Positions 21,960 through 34,828 of a stretch of DNA of 64,000 nt are shown here, one piece after another. The notes below the pieces were generated by a model. That model had not been told where the DNA came from. It saw nothing but the letters and a program-made list of their open reading frames with translations, and made no database searches. How positions within the stretch are numbered: position 1 is the stretch's first letter; every line of letters begins with the position of its first letter. Source of the stretch: Cyanophora paradoxa CCMP329 (taxonomy: Eukaryota > Plantae > Glaucophyta); contig QPMI01000162.1 of the NCBI GenBank assembly GCA_004431415.1, forward strand, positions 1-64,000. Direction: 5' to 3'. A program made the position numbers and the translations under genes.

Positions 21960-23084
21960 TCATACGTCCTCGTTGCCGAACCCGTCCTCGCCGGACTCTG
22001 CCTCGTCGTCGTCCATGCTGTCCTTGTCGCTCTCGTCCGAGCTCTCAGCCGCGTCAGCCTCGGCCTCAGCGAACTCCTGGATGTCGCTCAGGCCGGTGTC
22101 GCTCACGTCGTCTTCGTCCTCGGGCTCGGCGGGCTCGGTCTCGGCCGCGGGCTCCGGCGTCTCGGCGTTAGCTGCGGCTGTTCCGGGCCACACAGCGTTG
22201 TAGAAGCCAGTCTTGCGCCAGCAGCCCTGCACCATCGGCCCGCGGTTCTCGTCGATGTCCTCCCAGATCTTGCTCAGCCATTCCACCGAGCGTTCGCGGC
22301 TTTCAGGGTTGATCTTCCCACCGTTCTCTTTTAAGAGGCTGCTCAACCCCTGGTCCACCAGAGCGCGCTTGACGGCCACCGAGGTTGTCATGATGTCAAC
22401 AGGCAGGCCGTGCTTAGCCGCCTTCGTGAAATAGTTCATCACGGCTTCCTCTACGACGGCTGGCAGCTCTGAGCGGCGGCCCCTACCCTTAGCTAAGTCG
22501 CCGAGCCGAACGGACGTGCCGCCAGCCTTGCGCGCTTTCACCAGCTGCCTCCGCCAGTCCTGAAGCGCGCGCTCCTTCGGCAGCGTCTCAGGCATTTCGT
22601 CCGGCTTAGGCAGGCGCACGCCGCCTGCCTCCTGGCTGAGCAGGGTCAAGAACTGCGAGTCGCGCGCCATGGCCAACAGCGGCCTGCGCTCGGCGATCGC
22701 TTGCCGGTTCTCTGTATAGATACGCTGCAGGCGATCCAGCTTCTTAAGAGCTAAGTTTGCGGCGCCCTGGTGAAAGACCAGAGCCGCGGCGAAGGACTTG
22801 AAGGCGGGCGAGGGCACGGAACGCTTCTGCGGCTGCGACGACTCGGCTGCCACCTCCTTCTGCTCCTCCTGCTTGCGCATATCGCTGGCTACGTTCCTGA
22901 AGAAGGCGGCTTGCTCAGGCGTGTCCGCGCGCGCATCGCTGAGTGCGCCGCGCGGCAAGCCCTTGACGCTCTTCTCCACAAGGAAGCCCCTGATGCCCTG
23001 CTGGAGCTTCGGCTGCTTCTCCTTGCCGAAGACGCCAGCCGCAGGCTCCTCGCCCGGCTGAGGGACGCCGCGCTTCGGAGGCAT
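21960..23084 (-). pseudogene. pogo-like transposase with CENP-B-type HTH and C-terminus but no DDE core
   Basis: GRRSELPAVVEEAVMNYF...GLPVD (HTH) is joined directly to VEWLSKIWEDI...VQGCWRKTGF and an acidic tail. Confidence 0.75.
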
Positions 23085-24782
23085 CACTGAAGGCCGACTA
23101 GTGCGGGTTCAACTCCGGCTAAGGGAACGCCAGCTTAATTAATGCGGTCCCGAATTAATGCGTTTTGCCAGCAAAAAACGCATTAATTTGGGACCGCATT
23201 ACTTAAGTGCGCGCATTACTTAAGTGTTACACGGTAGTCTGGGCGGCGCCGTCGATTTGCCGATGCCTCGAACTTCCGCGCCAGCAGACGTGCACGCGCT
23301 AGCCTGGCAGGCCTAGGACTGGCAGGAATGCATAACGAGCACAGATCCGACCATACATAGGAACCGTTTTCCGAGTTCAGAACGTCTACGAGCGCTAGCT
23401 CTAGGGTTCTTGCATATGAGGTATATACATATATATAGCTCTGGCCAACTAATTATAGAAGCGGAATCCCTGATCATGAAGCTTCTCCTCACGTCTCGGG
23501 GGCGCCGGCGCCGAGGAGGGTGCGGGCGCGGGCTGCGCGGGAGCGGGCCTTGGCGGCAATATTAATAATCGCCGGGGCCCCGGCGGCCTCCCCCTCCCCC
23601 GCCGCCTCCGCCTCCTCGAGGGACCTCTGCGCCGCGACGAGCGCCTCCTCCGCCCAGCGCCCTGCGCAGGGCCGTCTTGGGCTCAGGCTCAGGCTTGAAG
23701 CTTAGGGACAGCTTAAAGGCGTGAAGCTTAGGCTTGAAGCTTGGGCGAAGGCGCGAAACTTAGCTGAAGAGAGAGGCGGGGCCCGTGCATATGCTAGGGC
23801 CGTCGTCGCGCCATCCGGCGATCGTGAGGGGTTCTTTATGTTCAAAAAGGCACGCGCGTCTGTAATTATAATTATAGTATTTGGATTACGGGCTCCGCAC
23901 CGCCCAGCGCGATGTCGGCCTCCGCGATGTTCCCGCAGATGGCCGCCCGCAGAACATGGCCCTCGTGCTCCACCGGGCAGCACGCCAGCGCGACGGCTGC
24001 GGCGCGCGCGTGCGGGCGCCAAGTTCGAAACAGAGTCGAAGAGAGCGGATCCCGCGGCCCGGATCGGAGTAACTAAAATTATGCGGGCTAGCTATGGCGC
24101 GGGAACTAGCCACATATACTTCTGCAGCGATATATATATGCATAAGCTTAGGTTTTACGCGCACAGTAGAAGAGGGAAGCCCTGACAAAGTCCCGCATCT
24201 TGAAGAAGGCGTTCCCCACTTGCTGCGAGGTTGAAAGTCACCCCTCGAATTCGAAGGATTCGCTTTAGAATATATATATATAGAAACCAGATCGGCGGGC
24301 CTTGATGCTGTCTGCCTGGAACGAAGCGAAGCTGGGTCCTCGTCAGAGCCGTAATCAGAGCCAGCAGAAAATAAAAGCTTAAGAGCGCTAGGCGGGGCCG
24401 GGCGGTCCCGCAGGCCGAGAGTCCGCGCACGCGAATGCGTCCTCAGGCTTGAGGCTTAGAGACACGTACAGTTTGAAGAAGAAGAACGAGAAGCTAAGAA
24501 GAGACAGTGTTATTTACTATCTCCTTCATAAGAAGCTAAGAAGACACTGTTATTTTAAGACCAGAAGAGAGCTAAGAAGCTATTAAGCTTCTCCTTCTTA
24601 GCTAAGAATTAAGAATGTATAAGAGTCCGCGCACGCGACAGCGTCCTCGTTCAGCGGGGGGCACTGCGCCGGGAACGCGCCGCGCAGCCGCAGGAGGGCC
24701 GCAAGGGCGCCTGCGCGGCCGGGCAGGCGAGGGTCGGGTTGACTGGCGGAGCTCGAGGTGTGGGGGGTGGGGCGATTGCAAG

Positions 24783-27246
24783 CTAATTATAAGCTCGAGC
24801 CAGCGGACCGCCCTGGGCGCTCCCGACGGCGCCGGTGGGCACGTCCTCCTCCACGTCCTCCCACAGGTGGCCCCTCGCCAGCTGCGCAACTTCAATTTAC
24901 ATCGAATCCAGAGGGGAAATAGAGAGGAGAGGGGGGGGGGGGGGGGGGGGGGGGGCACCGCTTCGCTCTCGGCTCCTGCGAGCGCTTTTTTTCTGACGAA
25001 CTCCGAGCCCTTGTCGGCGACCTGCGGCGCGGGCCGGATTGGAAAGGGGGCGTCGAGGCAGAGCGCGCGGAGCGGAGCGGAGCGAGGGCGCAGCGCGCCT
25101 CGCGGAGGGCGGGGGCGTGGGGCAGGACGGCGCGGGCGCCCTCCGGAAAGGCGGCCAGGTGCGCGAGGCACCAGGCCAGCTCCTCGATTTGCTGCGCGCG
25201 TCTTGAGCGGACTTGCAATTCGAGGAACGAGGGGCGGGGCGGGGGCCGGGGCACCCTGCGTCTGGAGGCGTGGGCGCTCTCGATAAACTCCGGCTCGGGG
25301 CCGTCGTCCCGGTGCAGGCACATCCTGCGCGCGAAGCCGGGCCCAGGTGAGGCCGCGTGCGGCTCCAGGCTCGGAGGCAGGCGGGGGGAGGGGAGGGGGA
25401 GGGGAGGAGGGGGAATAGGGGGGGGGGATTAAGGGGGACGGGCGCACGCGGTGGCGCCCGGTACGGCGTTCTGCCGAGCGTCCAGCGGCTCGTTCAGGGC
25501 CCTGCCCGCGGGGTGCGCGTACACGTACGCGGATCTGATTAGAGGCGAGAGGATGCTGCGAGAGATTCGAAGGGGGCCAACCGGAGCATGCCGGCAGCGA
25601 TTTCGCCGGCGGGGTCCGGGGCGGCGGCGAGGAGGGCGGCGTGGGCCCCGCGGGCGGCGGCGACGCCGGCAGCGCGGCCCTCAGAGCCGGCGGGCACGGG
25701 CCGGCGGGCAGCGGCGCCCCCTCCCCCCCCCTCCTCCTCCGGGGCCGGGGCCGGAGGGGCCGAGTCGGCGAAGGGCGGGGCGAAGAGGAGGAAGCGAAGT
25801 GAGGCCGCCGCGAAGAACCCGCTCTCGTCCTCTGCCGTACGTACCCCTCGCGATCGTGCGCGGGGGGTACAAGGACCGGCGGGGGAAGGGTGGCCATGCG
25901 TCGCACCGGGGTACGCGCGCGGGAAGGGCTTGTTCGCGAGGGAGAGGAGGGCGGGGAGGAGGCCAGGGTGGCGCGCGAGGCGCAGCCGCAGCCGCCGGAT
26001 CGGGCTTGCCACCTTACAGATCTTCTGACGGGCTCGAGGCCCGGTCGACAAGGTGAGGGGGAAGGCGGAAGGGGGGTACGCGAACGAGGTAGATCGTGTG
26101 CGCGGCGACCTCGTGGGTGATGGCCGTCATGCTGAGGGGAGGGGGTACAAGTTACACGGAGAAAGGAGGGAGGGGGGGGAAGGGGGGGAGGAAGGGGGCG
26201 GCAAGGCGTGAGATTGCACCGCGGGGCGTAGCGCTTGACCAGCTCGGGGGGCGTCAGGGGGCCCCAGCAGAGGGCTTGGAGCTCGCCCTCGCTTCGATAG
26301 CCTGCCGGGAAGGGATGAGAGGGCCGAACGGCGTATGAGACGGCAGATTAATTGAAGGGAGGGGGGGAGGGGGGGGGGGGGCGCGAGGAATGGGGGTGAG
26401 CGGCGAGGCTATCGCGACGGGGGCGGACGGGGAGGTGGGGAGGCGGCCGGGCTGGGAAGGGGGAGGGGGGGGGAGGGGGGGGGATATCGATAGAGCAAAG
26501 CAGGGCGAAAAGCAAATCGAGGGGGCGGAGGTACCCTCGCTGAGCTCGGAGATGAACCGCTCCGGGCCGATGGAAAGCTGCTGGACGACGGCGCCCAGCA
26601 GGCCCCCGGCGGGGGGGTACAGCGTTTCGCGGAGGGGGAAGTCGGGGGTCTGGAGGGCGAGCATGCGGAGGGCCTGCATGCACTCGTATCTGAGCTTCGA
26701 GCCGCCGCCGCGCAGCGCTTCGGCAACCGCCGGCAGCAGGAGCGGCTCGTTCATCGCCTGGATCGAATTCAGCCGTGCACATGCATATGGCAGAAGCGCG
26801 GCGTGAGGAGCTCGAGCAGATCTAGACGCGCACCGCGGCGGCGGCGCCGTGATGCATGATGAGCGTTTGGAGCGCGCTGCATGCGTCGACGCTCACAAGC
26901 GTGTCCTTGCAGCGAGGCCCGATCAGCTGCGGATATCGATGCGAGTCGCTGGTTGATCCGGAGACACCAGAACGCGCACTGCGCGGGGCGCCTTGCCTTG
27001 GAAAGTAGTGTGAGCAACGGCGCCCCGACCGCGTTGTAGATTGTCCTTGCGGGCTCGGCGTTCTTTAGAGGCTGCAGCCACTGCGCGACGGAGAAAGCGA
27101 TTGCACGCGCAGTGAGCGCGCCGCGGCGCGCGCCGTCCGACGAATTGCGCGCGTGCCCGCATGATGACGCGGTCTGCCTCGGGGCTGGCGAGCTCCTCAC
27201 ACATTGGGGCCGCGCGCGCTTTCCGCGCCTTGGCGCCAAGCTTCAT
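24783..27246 (-). CDS. Host multi-exon gene, helical (ARM/HEAT-like) repeat protein
   Basis: Exon peptides EPLLLPAVAEALRGGGSKLRYECMQALRMLAL, GLLGAVVQQL and QIEELAWCLAHLAAFPEG are separated by short pyrimidine-rich introns. Confidence 0.5.
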
Positions 27247-27889
27247 GAAGCAATCGGGGCACAGCGGCGTGCTTTCCGGATTCGCACACGTTCCGGCCTT
27301 GCATTTCAACGACCCTGCGCATGCGGGCCGCTGGTCAGCGGCATAGGCGCCACGAAGGCGACCGCCGAACCTTCTAGCGACATGCGGGCGATGCGCTCTG
27401 GATCGAACATCGCTTGCTTCGAATTTGTTGCTCACGCGCGCCGCGCTCACACTCTGCAGCAGAGGGGGTAGCGCGCGCACTTCGTTCGCTGCGGCCCGAT
27501 CGCGGTGCACGTGCGAGATTTGATCGGATTTTTATTTCGGGCGCAAGCCGGGGCCGCGGCCGCGCCGTGCCGTTTTAATTTTATCATGAATTAGCGTTTA
27601 AAATTTATTTAACGTGAAGGCTAAGGGAACGGCGGTCCGCGGCTACGCTCTCGTACAAGCCGGCGCCAGCGACGTCGCAGCAGCCAGCGAGGGGATCATC
27701 GGATCGCCGGAGCCTGTTTCCGTCTGATTCAAATGGTAATATATATCAGGCGGCATGCGCAGCGCTAGCAGGCTTAAATCAGGCGGAGTCATGATCATCA
27801 GCCTGACTCCCGCCAGATCTTTAATCAGGCTCAGCGGTTAGCCTGCAGCTGATGAGAAATCAGGCTAGCGTGCACGTGATTTCTACTTA

Positions 27890-28600
27890 CCCCTGGCTTC
27901 GGCCAACCCCATGGCTTCGGCCGCCCCCCGGGCCTCGGCCCCCCACCCTAACCCGATTGACCCCTCCCGACCCCTCGCGGCCCGCCTCGCCTCCGCACTC
28001 CCAGCTCTCTGCGCCGCCTGTCAGTGCCCACGCTCTCTCCACTCTGCCGTCCCGGCACCTCTCCCCGCCTTGCCCCGCATCCGCTGCCCGCCCCAGGCTG
28101 CTGCCTCTGCCCACTCCCTCTCCTTCCTCATATCTTCCTCCTACCATCTTCTTCACCTCGACAAAACGGGACACCGATTAATCGGGGTCCTGGGGCGCAG
28201 GTGAGGAGGAGGGAGGAGGCGGAGTGCGGAGGAGGAGGGGTGGCGGAGCGGCGGCAAGGGAGAGCGGCGGACTGCGAGACATTTCACTTCCAGGGTTCAT
28301 GAGGGATATCGATGGAGGAGTTGATCAAGGGGTGGGCGCGCGGGTCTGGTTACGGCTATCACCGAAAACCATGGCTCCCCCACTCAGGCGAACCTCCCAT
28401 ATTGAGCGACCCATGGCCGGCACCTAGCTAGCACCTTCGGCTAGATAGTTGACCGGTCGGAAGGGCACGTCACGTAGAACATTGATACATGTGCCGTGGT
28501 GTATCAATGCGATTTTTTTGCAAAAGTGGACGTCGCATTGATACACAACGGCACATGTATCCGTGGTGTATCAATGCGACGTCCACTTTTGCTAAAAAAA
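27890..28600. mobile_element. Non-coding insertion flanked by a 19-bp direct repeat, ending in a long hairpin and A7
   Basis: TGCACGTGATTTCTACTTA at 27871-27889 and 28601-28619. A 27-bp perfect stem pairs 28520-28546 with 28566-28592. Confidence 0.65.
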
Positions 28601-29025
28601 TGCACGTGATTTCTACTTAGGCTGGCCATGGATAACAGCCAGCCACAGCTGGCTGGAGTCAGCTAGTCAGCTGCAGGCCTAGGCTGAGTCAGGCTGTGCG
28701 CGCCAGCACATATATTCATAGAGGCGTCGAACCTCGCACTGTTATAATCATATAGTCACATATGAGAAGCACTGTTCTACATCTAAACATGCAGACTTGC
28801 ACTGAAATTTGAAAGCGGTGGCCGCCGGCCATCGGAAAGGGAAAATTCAAAGGAGCGCGGCGTCCCACTAGTTCTGCGGCTGGCCATGGGCCGAAGTCTA
28901 TCTAGTGCTAGTCGACGTCTATCTAGTGCTAGCTATAGTGCGAGCCCACAGAGCTAGATCGAAACATAATTAAAATATGTAGAATGAGCTAATGAAATTC
29001 GTGGATGCGCATATCATGCATATTA

Positions 29026-31297
29026 TCACGAAGAAATTCTGCGGGCGTCAAAATTAAAGCCGACTCCGTGCCGGCTCTCATGAAAAGGACTTGCGAATTC
29101 AAAGTGGGCGGTGGCGGATCGGGGAGAGAGATCTACAGCGGCTGAAGCCGCGACCACGGCCGGCGGGGCGGGAGGCCCTCGGACCGGGAGCGGGGCAGAA
29201 GGAGAAGGCCGTGGAGGCGGTTCTCGAGGGCGGCACGTTGCAGGCCCACCGCCCCGTACGCGTGGCTGGAGGACGAGGAGCCGGCCGCGGGGGAGCCGGC
29301 TGCCAGTTCCGAGGGCAGCGCGCTCGTGCTCGAGTTCGGAGGGTGTTCGAATTCGAGAGATCGCGAACGAGTGGCGCCGGGAGTAACGGTCGGCTGGAGC
29401 TGGTGCTCTCCTAGGATGCGGGGTACCCCCCGCGGGGTGCAGGCCCCGCGGGGTACGTCTGCGCCGATTGCGAGCGGCGTGGTGATCGTGAGGTCGGGCG
29501 GGAATGGACAATCGATATCGAGTGGCGCTAGCACACGGGCACGATTAGGACCGCGCACCGAATACGGGGCGCAGGCGAATACCGCCGGGGGGAGGCTTGC
29601 GGGTTGCTTCGATTCCTTGCAATTGTCTTGTATCTGGAGAAGAATCGAATGCGGGCCACGGCGGACAGCTCGTCGTGATCGTCTGATCGCGCGAGGGGGG
29701 TACCGGTGGGTTCGAGGATCGCGAATGGCTTTGAAAGAGCAGGGAATACGAAAGATCCCGCAGCGAGGGCAAACCTGGACGAGGCAGAAGAGGAATGCAG
29801 TGCAAAGGTCGTCGGGAAGGCCGGCGCCGGCCGCGATGCAGCGGATGGAGAGTTGGAGGGACGGCGTGGCCGCGGCGACGCCGGCCCAGCGGCGGGCGAG
29901 GCCGACGAGTGAGGCCTTGAAATCCTTGCGCGTCATCGCGCCTTGGTTGTGCGAGTCCGCCGACCAGTTGGCCCTCGCGAGATCTCTCTCGCGAGGCAGA
30001 GACCAGGTGTTCGCGTCGTCGACGGCCCGATGCAAAATGCTGTGGAACGTCTGCGCCGTGCCATCGATATCGATTGCAGACGGATAAATTTGATCAGTCG
30101 CGGCCGAATGAAACGGAAAGGTGCATCTTATTTGAGAGGGGTACTACGGCCGGGTCTGGGGTGTTGGCACCTCGTATTGGGGAAATCCGATAGATATAGA
30201 GGGCGAGCCGCGCTCGATCGCGAGTCCCGCGTTTTGGAGTTTCAGAGCCGCCTCAATAACACGGCCCACACCGCGCGCCGCGACCACATTCTGATTCGCC
30301 ACCCGATCGGAGTTCAACGGCTGTTGCAATTGATTACGATCATGAGCATCTGAACTCGCGATTGCCTGAACTGCCCTCCACAACTGCACACGTAGATGCG
30401 TAGTCAGAGTTGGAGATGAATTCAAGAGCAAATAAGATACGATGATCATGTTTTATTTTGTTTGAAGCGCGACGTGCAATCGAAGATCGACCGATCGTAA
30501 TTGGTGAGAGGCGTGTACTTCTATAATTATGTACGGACCATATCGACAAGGTGACGGCAGACGGCGGGAAGGCCGTGGAAACACTCGGCTTGCAATTGTT
30601 GAGGTTGGCTGGCCATGGAGCTCGGACGCACAGGCAGAGGCAACGAGCGATGGCCATGGAAAGCGACGGACGCCATCGCGGAGCTTGGCTTGTTGGAGGG
30701 CTCGTCTTGCAATTGTAGGCAATTGGAAACGCTAGCGTTGCTCACATATGCATGGGTCGCAGTCGCAGCTGCCTCGCCCTCCGCGCAATCCGTTGCAATT
30801 GTCGGCGTCGGCCGCGGGCTTGGGCCCGAGATCGCGATCGATATCGTGGTCTCCATGGCCATGCTCGCGATCGGCGCGTCCAACTCGCGACCGCCGTCCT
30901 CGAGCTCGTCGCTCGAGAGGCGCCGTGGCCGCCGCCACGTGCACGGGGGCCGCCGTGCGACGCCGACGCCGACGTCGACGGCGACCCGACGCAGCGCCTC
31001 CGCGTCCATTGACCGCGGCCGCCCGCAGCACGATTCTGGCCATGGCTTCGAATTCGGATCTGCGCCGGCCGCGGCGAGAGATCTAGAGCTTGAAGCCGTG
31101 GTCAGCTGCAGCTTCCACGATCGCGATCCGCTCGACGGGATCGGAGGCTTCGAGCACGGCCTCGACTGAAGAAACCGAGACACGCGATCGTCGACGTCGG
31201 CGTCGGCGTCGCCATCGATATCGCTGTCGTCATCACGAGCCACGGCCATGCTGCGCAGATCAAGGGCTTCGCAGATCCAGGGAGAAATGGCCTCCAT
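29026..31297 (-). CDS. Probable multi-exon hypothetical gene (possibly degenerate EF-hand-like region)
   Basis: Protein-like segment ERDLARANWSADSHNQGAMTRKDFKASLVGLARRW...LCTAFLFCLVQ. Exon structure not resolved. Confidence 0.3.
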
Positions 31298-33507
31298 CGA
31301 TGAATATCAAAGTATACGTATACGTATTCTAATTCGAATGCGTATACGTATAAGTATACGTATACGTATACGTATATACGTAGCTGGAGCCGCTAGGCTA
31401 CAGTTCTTGCAAATTAAAATCGTGTTGCACGAGTCATCGTGAATCGATAGCTATATAGCTAGCTTCAAGGCTTAGACACTGTGACCGTCGGACAGTTACC
31501 TAGCTAAAGATAATCATATGCATTATGGGCACTGCATGCCGCATGTATGTACGTATACATATACGTACGCGTACCGCGGTATACGTATACGTACAGCAGC
31601 CTTCTAAAGAATACGAACGTATACCTCGAAGAACTACACTTTCACACGCCCGCGCGCAGTCTGCGGCGCAGTCGACGTACGTCCGACGGTCGTTCTCCGA
31701 CTTGGCAACTACGTATACCGGTAGCTAAAGAACTCGACGTCGACCACCGTCGCAATCGATACCTGTATCCGAATCTGCAAGCCGCTCAGCGGCTAGCGCT
31801 AGCGCTGATCATGTGATCATGAGCCCGTATGTATACGTAGGCAACCGTTGAACTAAGTAACTGTCACAGTCACTGAGTGTACATCACCACGGTGTCAATG
31901 TGACTCTGTGGGACGCCGGCGCCGCGCCACTGCGCATGCAGCGTGCCCAATGATGGCCCCAATCGCGCGGTCACTCAGATCAGTGATGTCCATCGCATGA
32001 TTCATGATAACGATTAATTCGAATTCTGATTCTAGACTCTAGATCAGAGAGTCACTGTCAGTCTGTCACTCACTAGACTCCAGCCTGAGACTCTGGCTGA
32101 GAGACTGGGACCAGACGGTCCAGACGTCACCAGAGTCGAGTGACCATGCAGACTCGTGTGACCAGAGTCCAGTTGCAAATTGCGATTGAGTCCGGGAAAC
32201 GGCCCAGTGACTTCGAAGTTCGCGATTCAATGATTGGAACTTCGGATTCGTTCGGAACTTGGACGGTACTATACCGGTACGTAATACGTATACGTACGAC
32301 TCGGGACTCGGGAGTCGGTACGAGTACGTATACTGTAAAACGTGAAATCTCCGGCGGCACTTAATATTCGGCGCTATTCGGCATAGGCTCACGGCGCCGA
32401 ATATTTGAAACTGCAAGAACTGTGCAGAAGTATGGCAAAAGAGGGATCAATGTACCCGCCGCCTAGGCGGACTGGCTGTGTTGCAAATTTGCAATCATCG
32501 TATTAATCAGCCGATTCGGAGGTCCCGCCGTCCCGGTCCTCCCGCCGCAGGGGCGCGGTCCGGCTGCCTGCTGCCTTTCTGCCTATTTCAAGTCTGCCTC
32601 TGCCCCGGATACGTGAAATTTCAAGTTAAGTCTGCCTCTGCCTATTTCTGCCTTGCCTAGGTCGGTCCAGGTTGTCAACCTAGGCCCTGAGGCAAGGCAA
32701 GAAGCTTCGCGAAGTCGGCCGTTGCACAGTGCTGCTCTTGGTTCCCGGCAGCATCTGCACGCATTTGGGCGCGCGGCGCCGAGCTTCTAGAAAGTTCGCA
32801 AGCTGGCGATGTCGGCTGCCCGGCCGAGCTGGGCGACGAGCTCAACGCGCACAGGTCGGCTGAAGCATCATCGCATGGCATGCTGATCACTTCGCCGTCG
32901 CGTTTACGGAGCGAGCGTGCATCAGTTACGCCGTAGGCGCGATGCGTTGGATGCAGGTCGGAAAAAAAGTCTGCCTCGGTCTGCTAGGGGGGGCCTCGGC
33001 GCGACCTAGGCAGCCGAGGCAGAAAAAGGCAAGGCAAGGCAGGTGCCGGTCCGGGGTTTCAAGTCGAGGCAGATCGAGGCAGGCCGGTCCAGAGCCTATT
33101 TTCAAGTTAAATTCTGCAGGCAGACTTGACGGACCAATCAGAATTACGTCTCTGCCTCTGCCTCGGACGCCGGACCGTGCCCCAGGGCCCAGGCTCCCGG
33201 ACCTCCCGCCGCGCGAGTCCCGCGCGGCCGAGGGAGGATGATCCGAGGATCATCGCGATCGAACTTCCGAGCCTCGGACTCCGGGAGTTCGGAACTTTCG
33301 GAATTCGGATCCGGAGTCTGCCAGGCTGGACTCCGGCCGGGACGCTGCGGCCCTGCGGGACTCGGGAGGCTGACTCACTGATCATGAGTCCGACGGTCAG
33401 TGACCGGATCCGGACTCCGGAGTCCGGAGCCTCCAACTAGGCTCCAAGCTTAAGCTTAAGTCTCCGTCGACTCTCCGACTCGGCGACTCGACTCGATCCG
33501 AGCGCTA

Positions 33508-33758
33508 CCGTAATACACAATATTATGTCATGCAAATTTATGTCGTTTTAAAACCCGAGCCTTCTCTATGCGAAATATGACGTCCCCAAATTATGTCGGC
33601 ATGAACTTTTCAGGCTTGTATGGGGCGGTAAAAGTGGGGGGATACTTCATTGCGCGCCCCATCATGACGTCCCCAAATTATGTCGTTTTGTCAAGTTTTA
33701 GGCGACATAATTTCGGGACGACAGAATAAAGTACAGACCTTAATATTCTGCATTACGG
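33508..33758. mobile_element. MITE with pogo-like CCGT termini
   Basis: TA|CCGTAATACACAATATTA ... TAATATTCTGCATTACGG|TA, with internal repeats TGACGTCCCCAAATTATGTCG (two copies) and an inverted CGACATAATTT. Confidence 0.85.
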
Positions 33759-34828
33759 TAGCGCCGGCCGCCCCGGCCCGCCGCGCCCGGCCGCCGGCCC
33801 GGCCGGGCGCCGCCGGGCCGGGGCCGCCCGGCCGCCCGGGCCCCGGGCCGGGGGCCGGCGGGGCCCGGGCCCCGGCCGCGGGGGCCGGCCGGGGGCCCGG
33901 CCCGGCCGGGCCGCCCGGAGGCCGGGGGCCGGCGGGGGCCGCGGCCGGGCCCGGCGGCCGGGCCGCCGGGCCGGCGAATCACTGAGTCATAATACTGTCA
34001 TATGCATGATTCATGAATCGGCGGCGATATATAAATCGATCGGAACCGGGATCGCTACTATTCGCTAGCGCAACTTGCGGCGAAGTCCAGCAGAACGTTT
34101 CGATCACACAAACTTTGAAATCAATTCCTGGCGGTGATGAACAACGATTAGTCAAGGTTACGAGTGAACCGATTGGGCTAGATTATAGCCTAGATACTAT
34201 GAAATAGATGAATGTGATGGAAACTTTAACCGTTGCACGTGACTTTGAGTCCGTAATTGAAAAAGGGGAAATTGGGGAATTTGAACGGTTGAACGGAACA
34301 ACTTGCAATTGAACCGGCCGGCAGCGATTGTTACAACTCAGTTGAACTCACAATGAATTTATAGCACTTCGAACTTCGAAGAAAATGCGGTTGCCCCGAT
34401 GACGCGATCGCGGGTTGCAAAAGGCTTGTAATCATTGTGGTACTGATTATAACCCCTGAACCGTAACAACTACTAGTAGTCGGGAGTACTAGTCAGCGGC
34501 GCGGAGGGGGCGGGAGGGGGGGCGGGATGGGTGGCGGAGGGGCCGGGGGGGCGGGAGGCAGGGCGGCGCGGGAGGGGCCGGCCGGGCCCGGGGGAGGGGG
34601 ATCGGAATTCGAAGGGGAGCTAGGGGGAATTCGATCTTGAGGCCTTGCGCATGCATATGCAGAAAGAATTCGCACTGCGGCGCCGGCAGCGATGGCGCAA
34701 CCGCAGCAGCAGCTGTACGAGCAATACTATATATATATACTATATATGATATCACAGTCTGCAGCAGAGGGGGTAGTGCACGCACTTCGTTCGCTGCGCC
34801 TGAGCAACGGGGTGGTCAAGTGGCAGCC

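Larger units (their letters stand above)
17148..23234 (-). mobile_element. pogo/Tigger-type (Tc1/mariner superfamily) DNA transposon, internally deleted, hosting a LINE
   Basis: TIRs CCGTGTAACACTTAA(T/G)TAATGCGC at both ends, TA flanks (17146-47 and 23235-36), and subterminal TAATGCGGTCCCGAATTAATGCG repeats. Confidence 0.92.
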
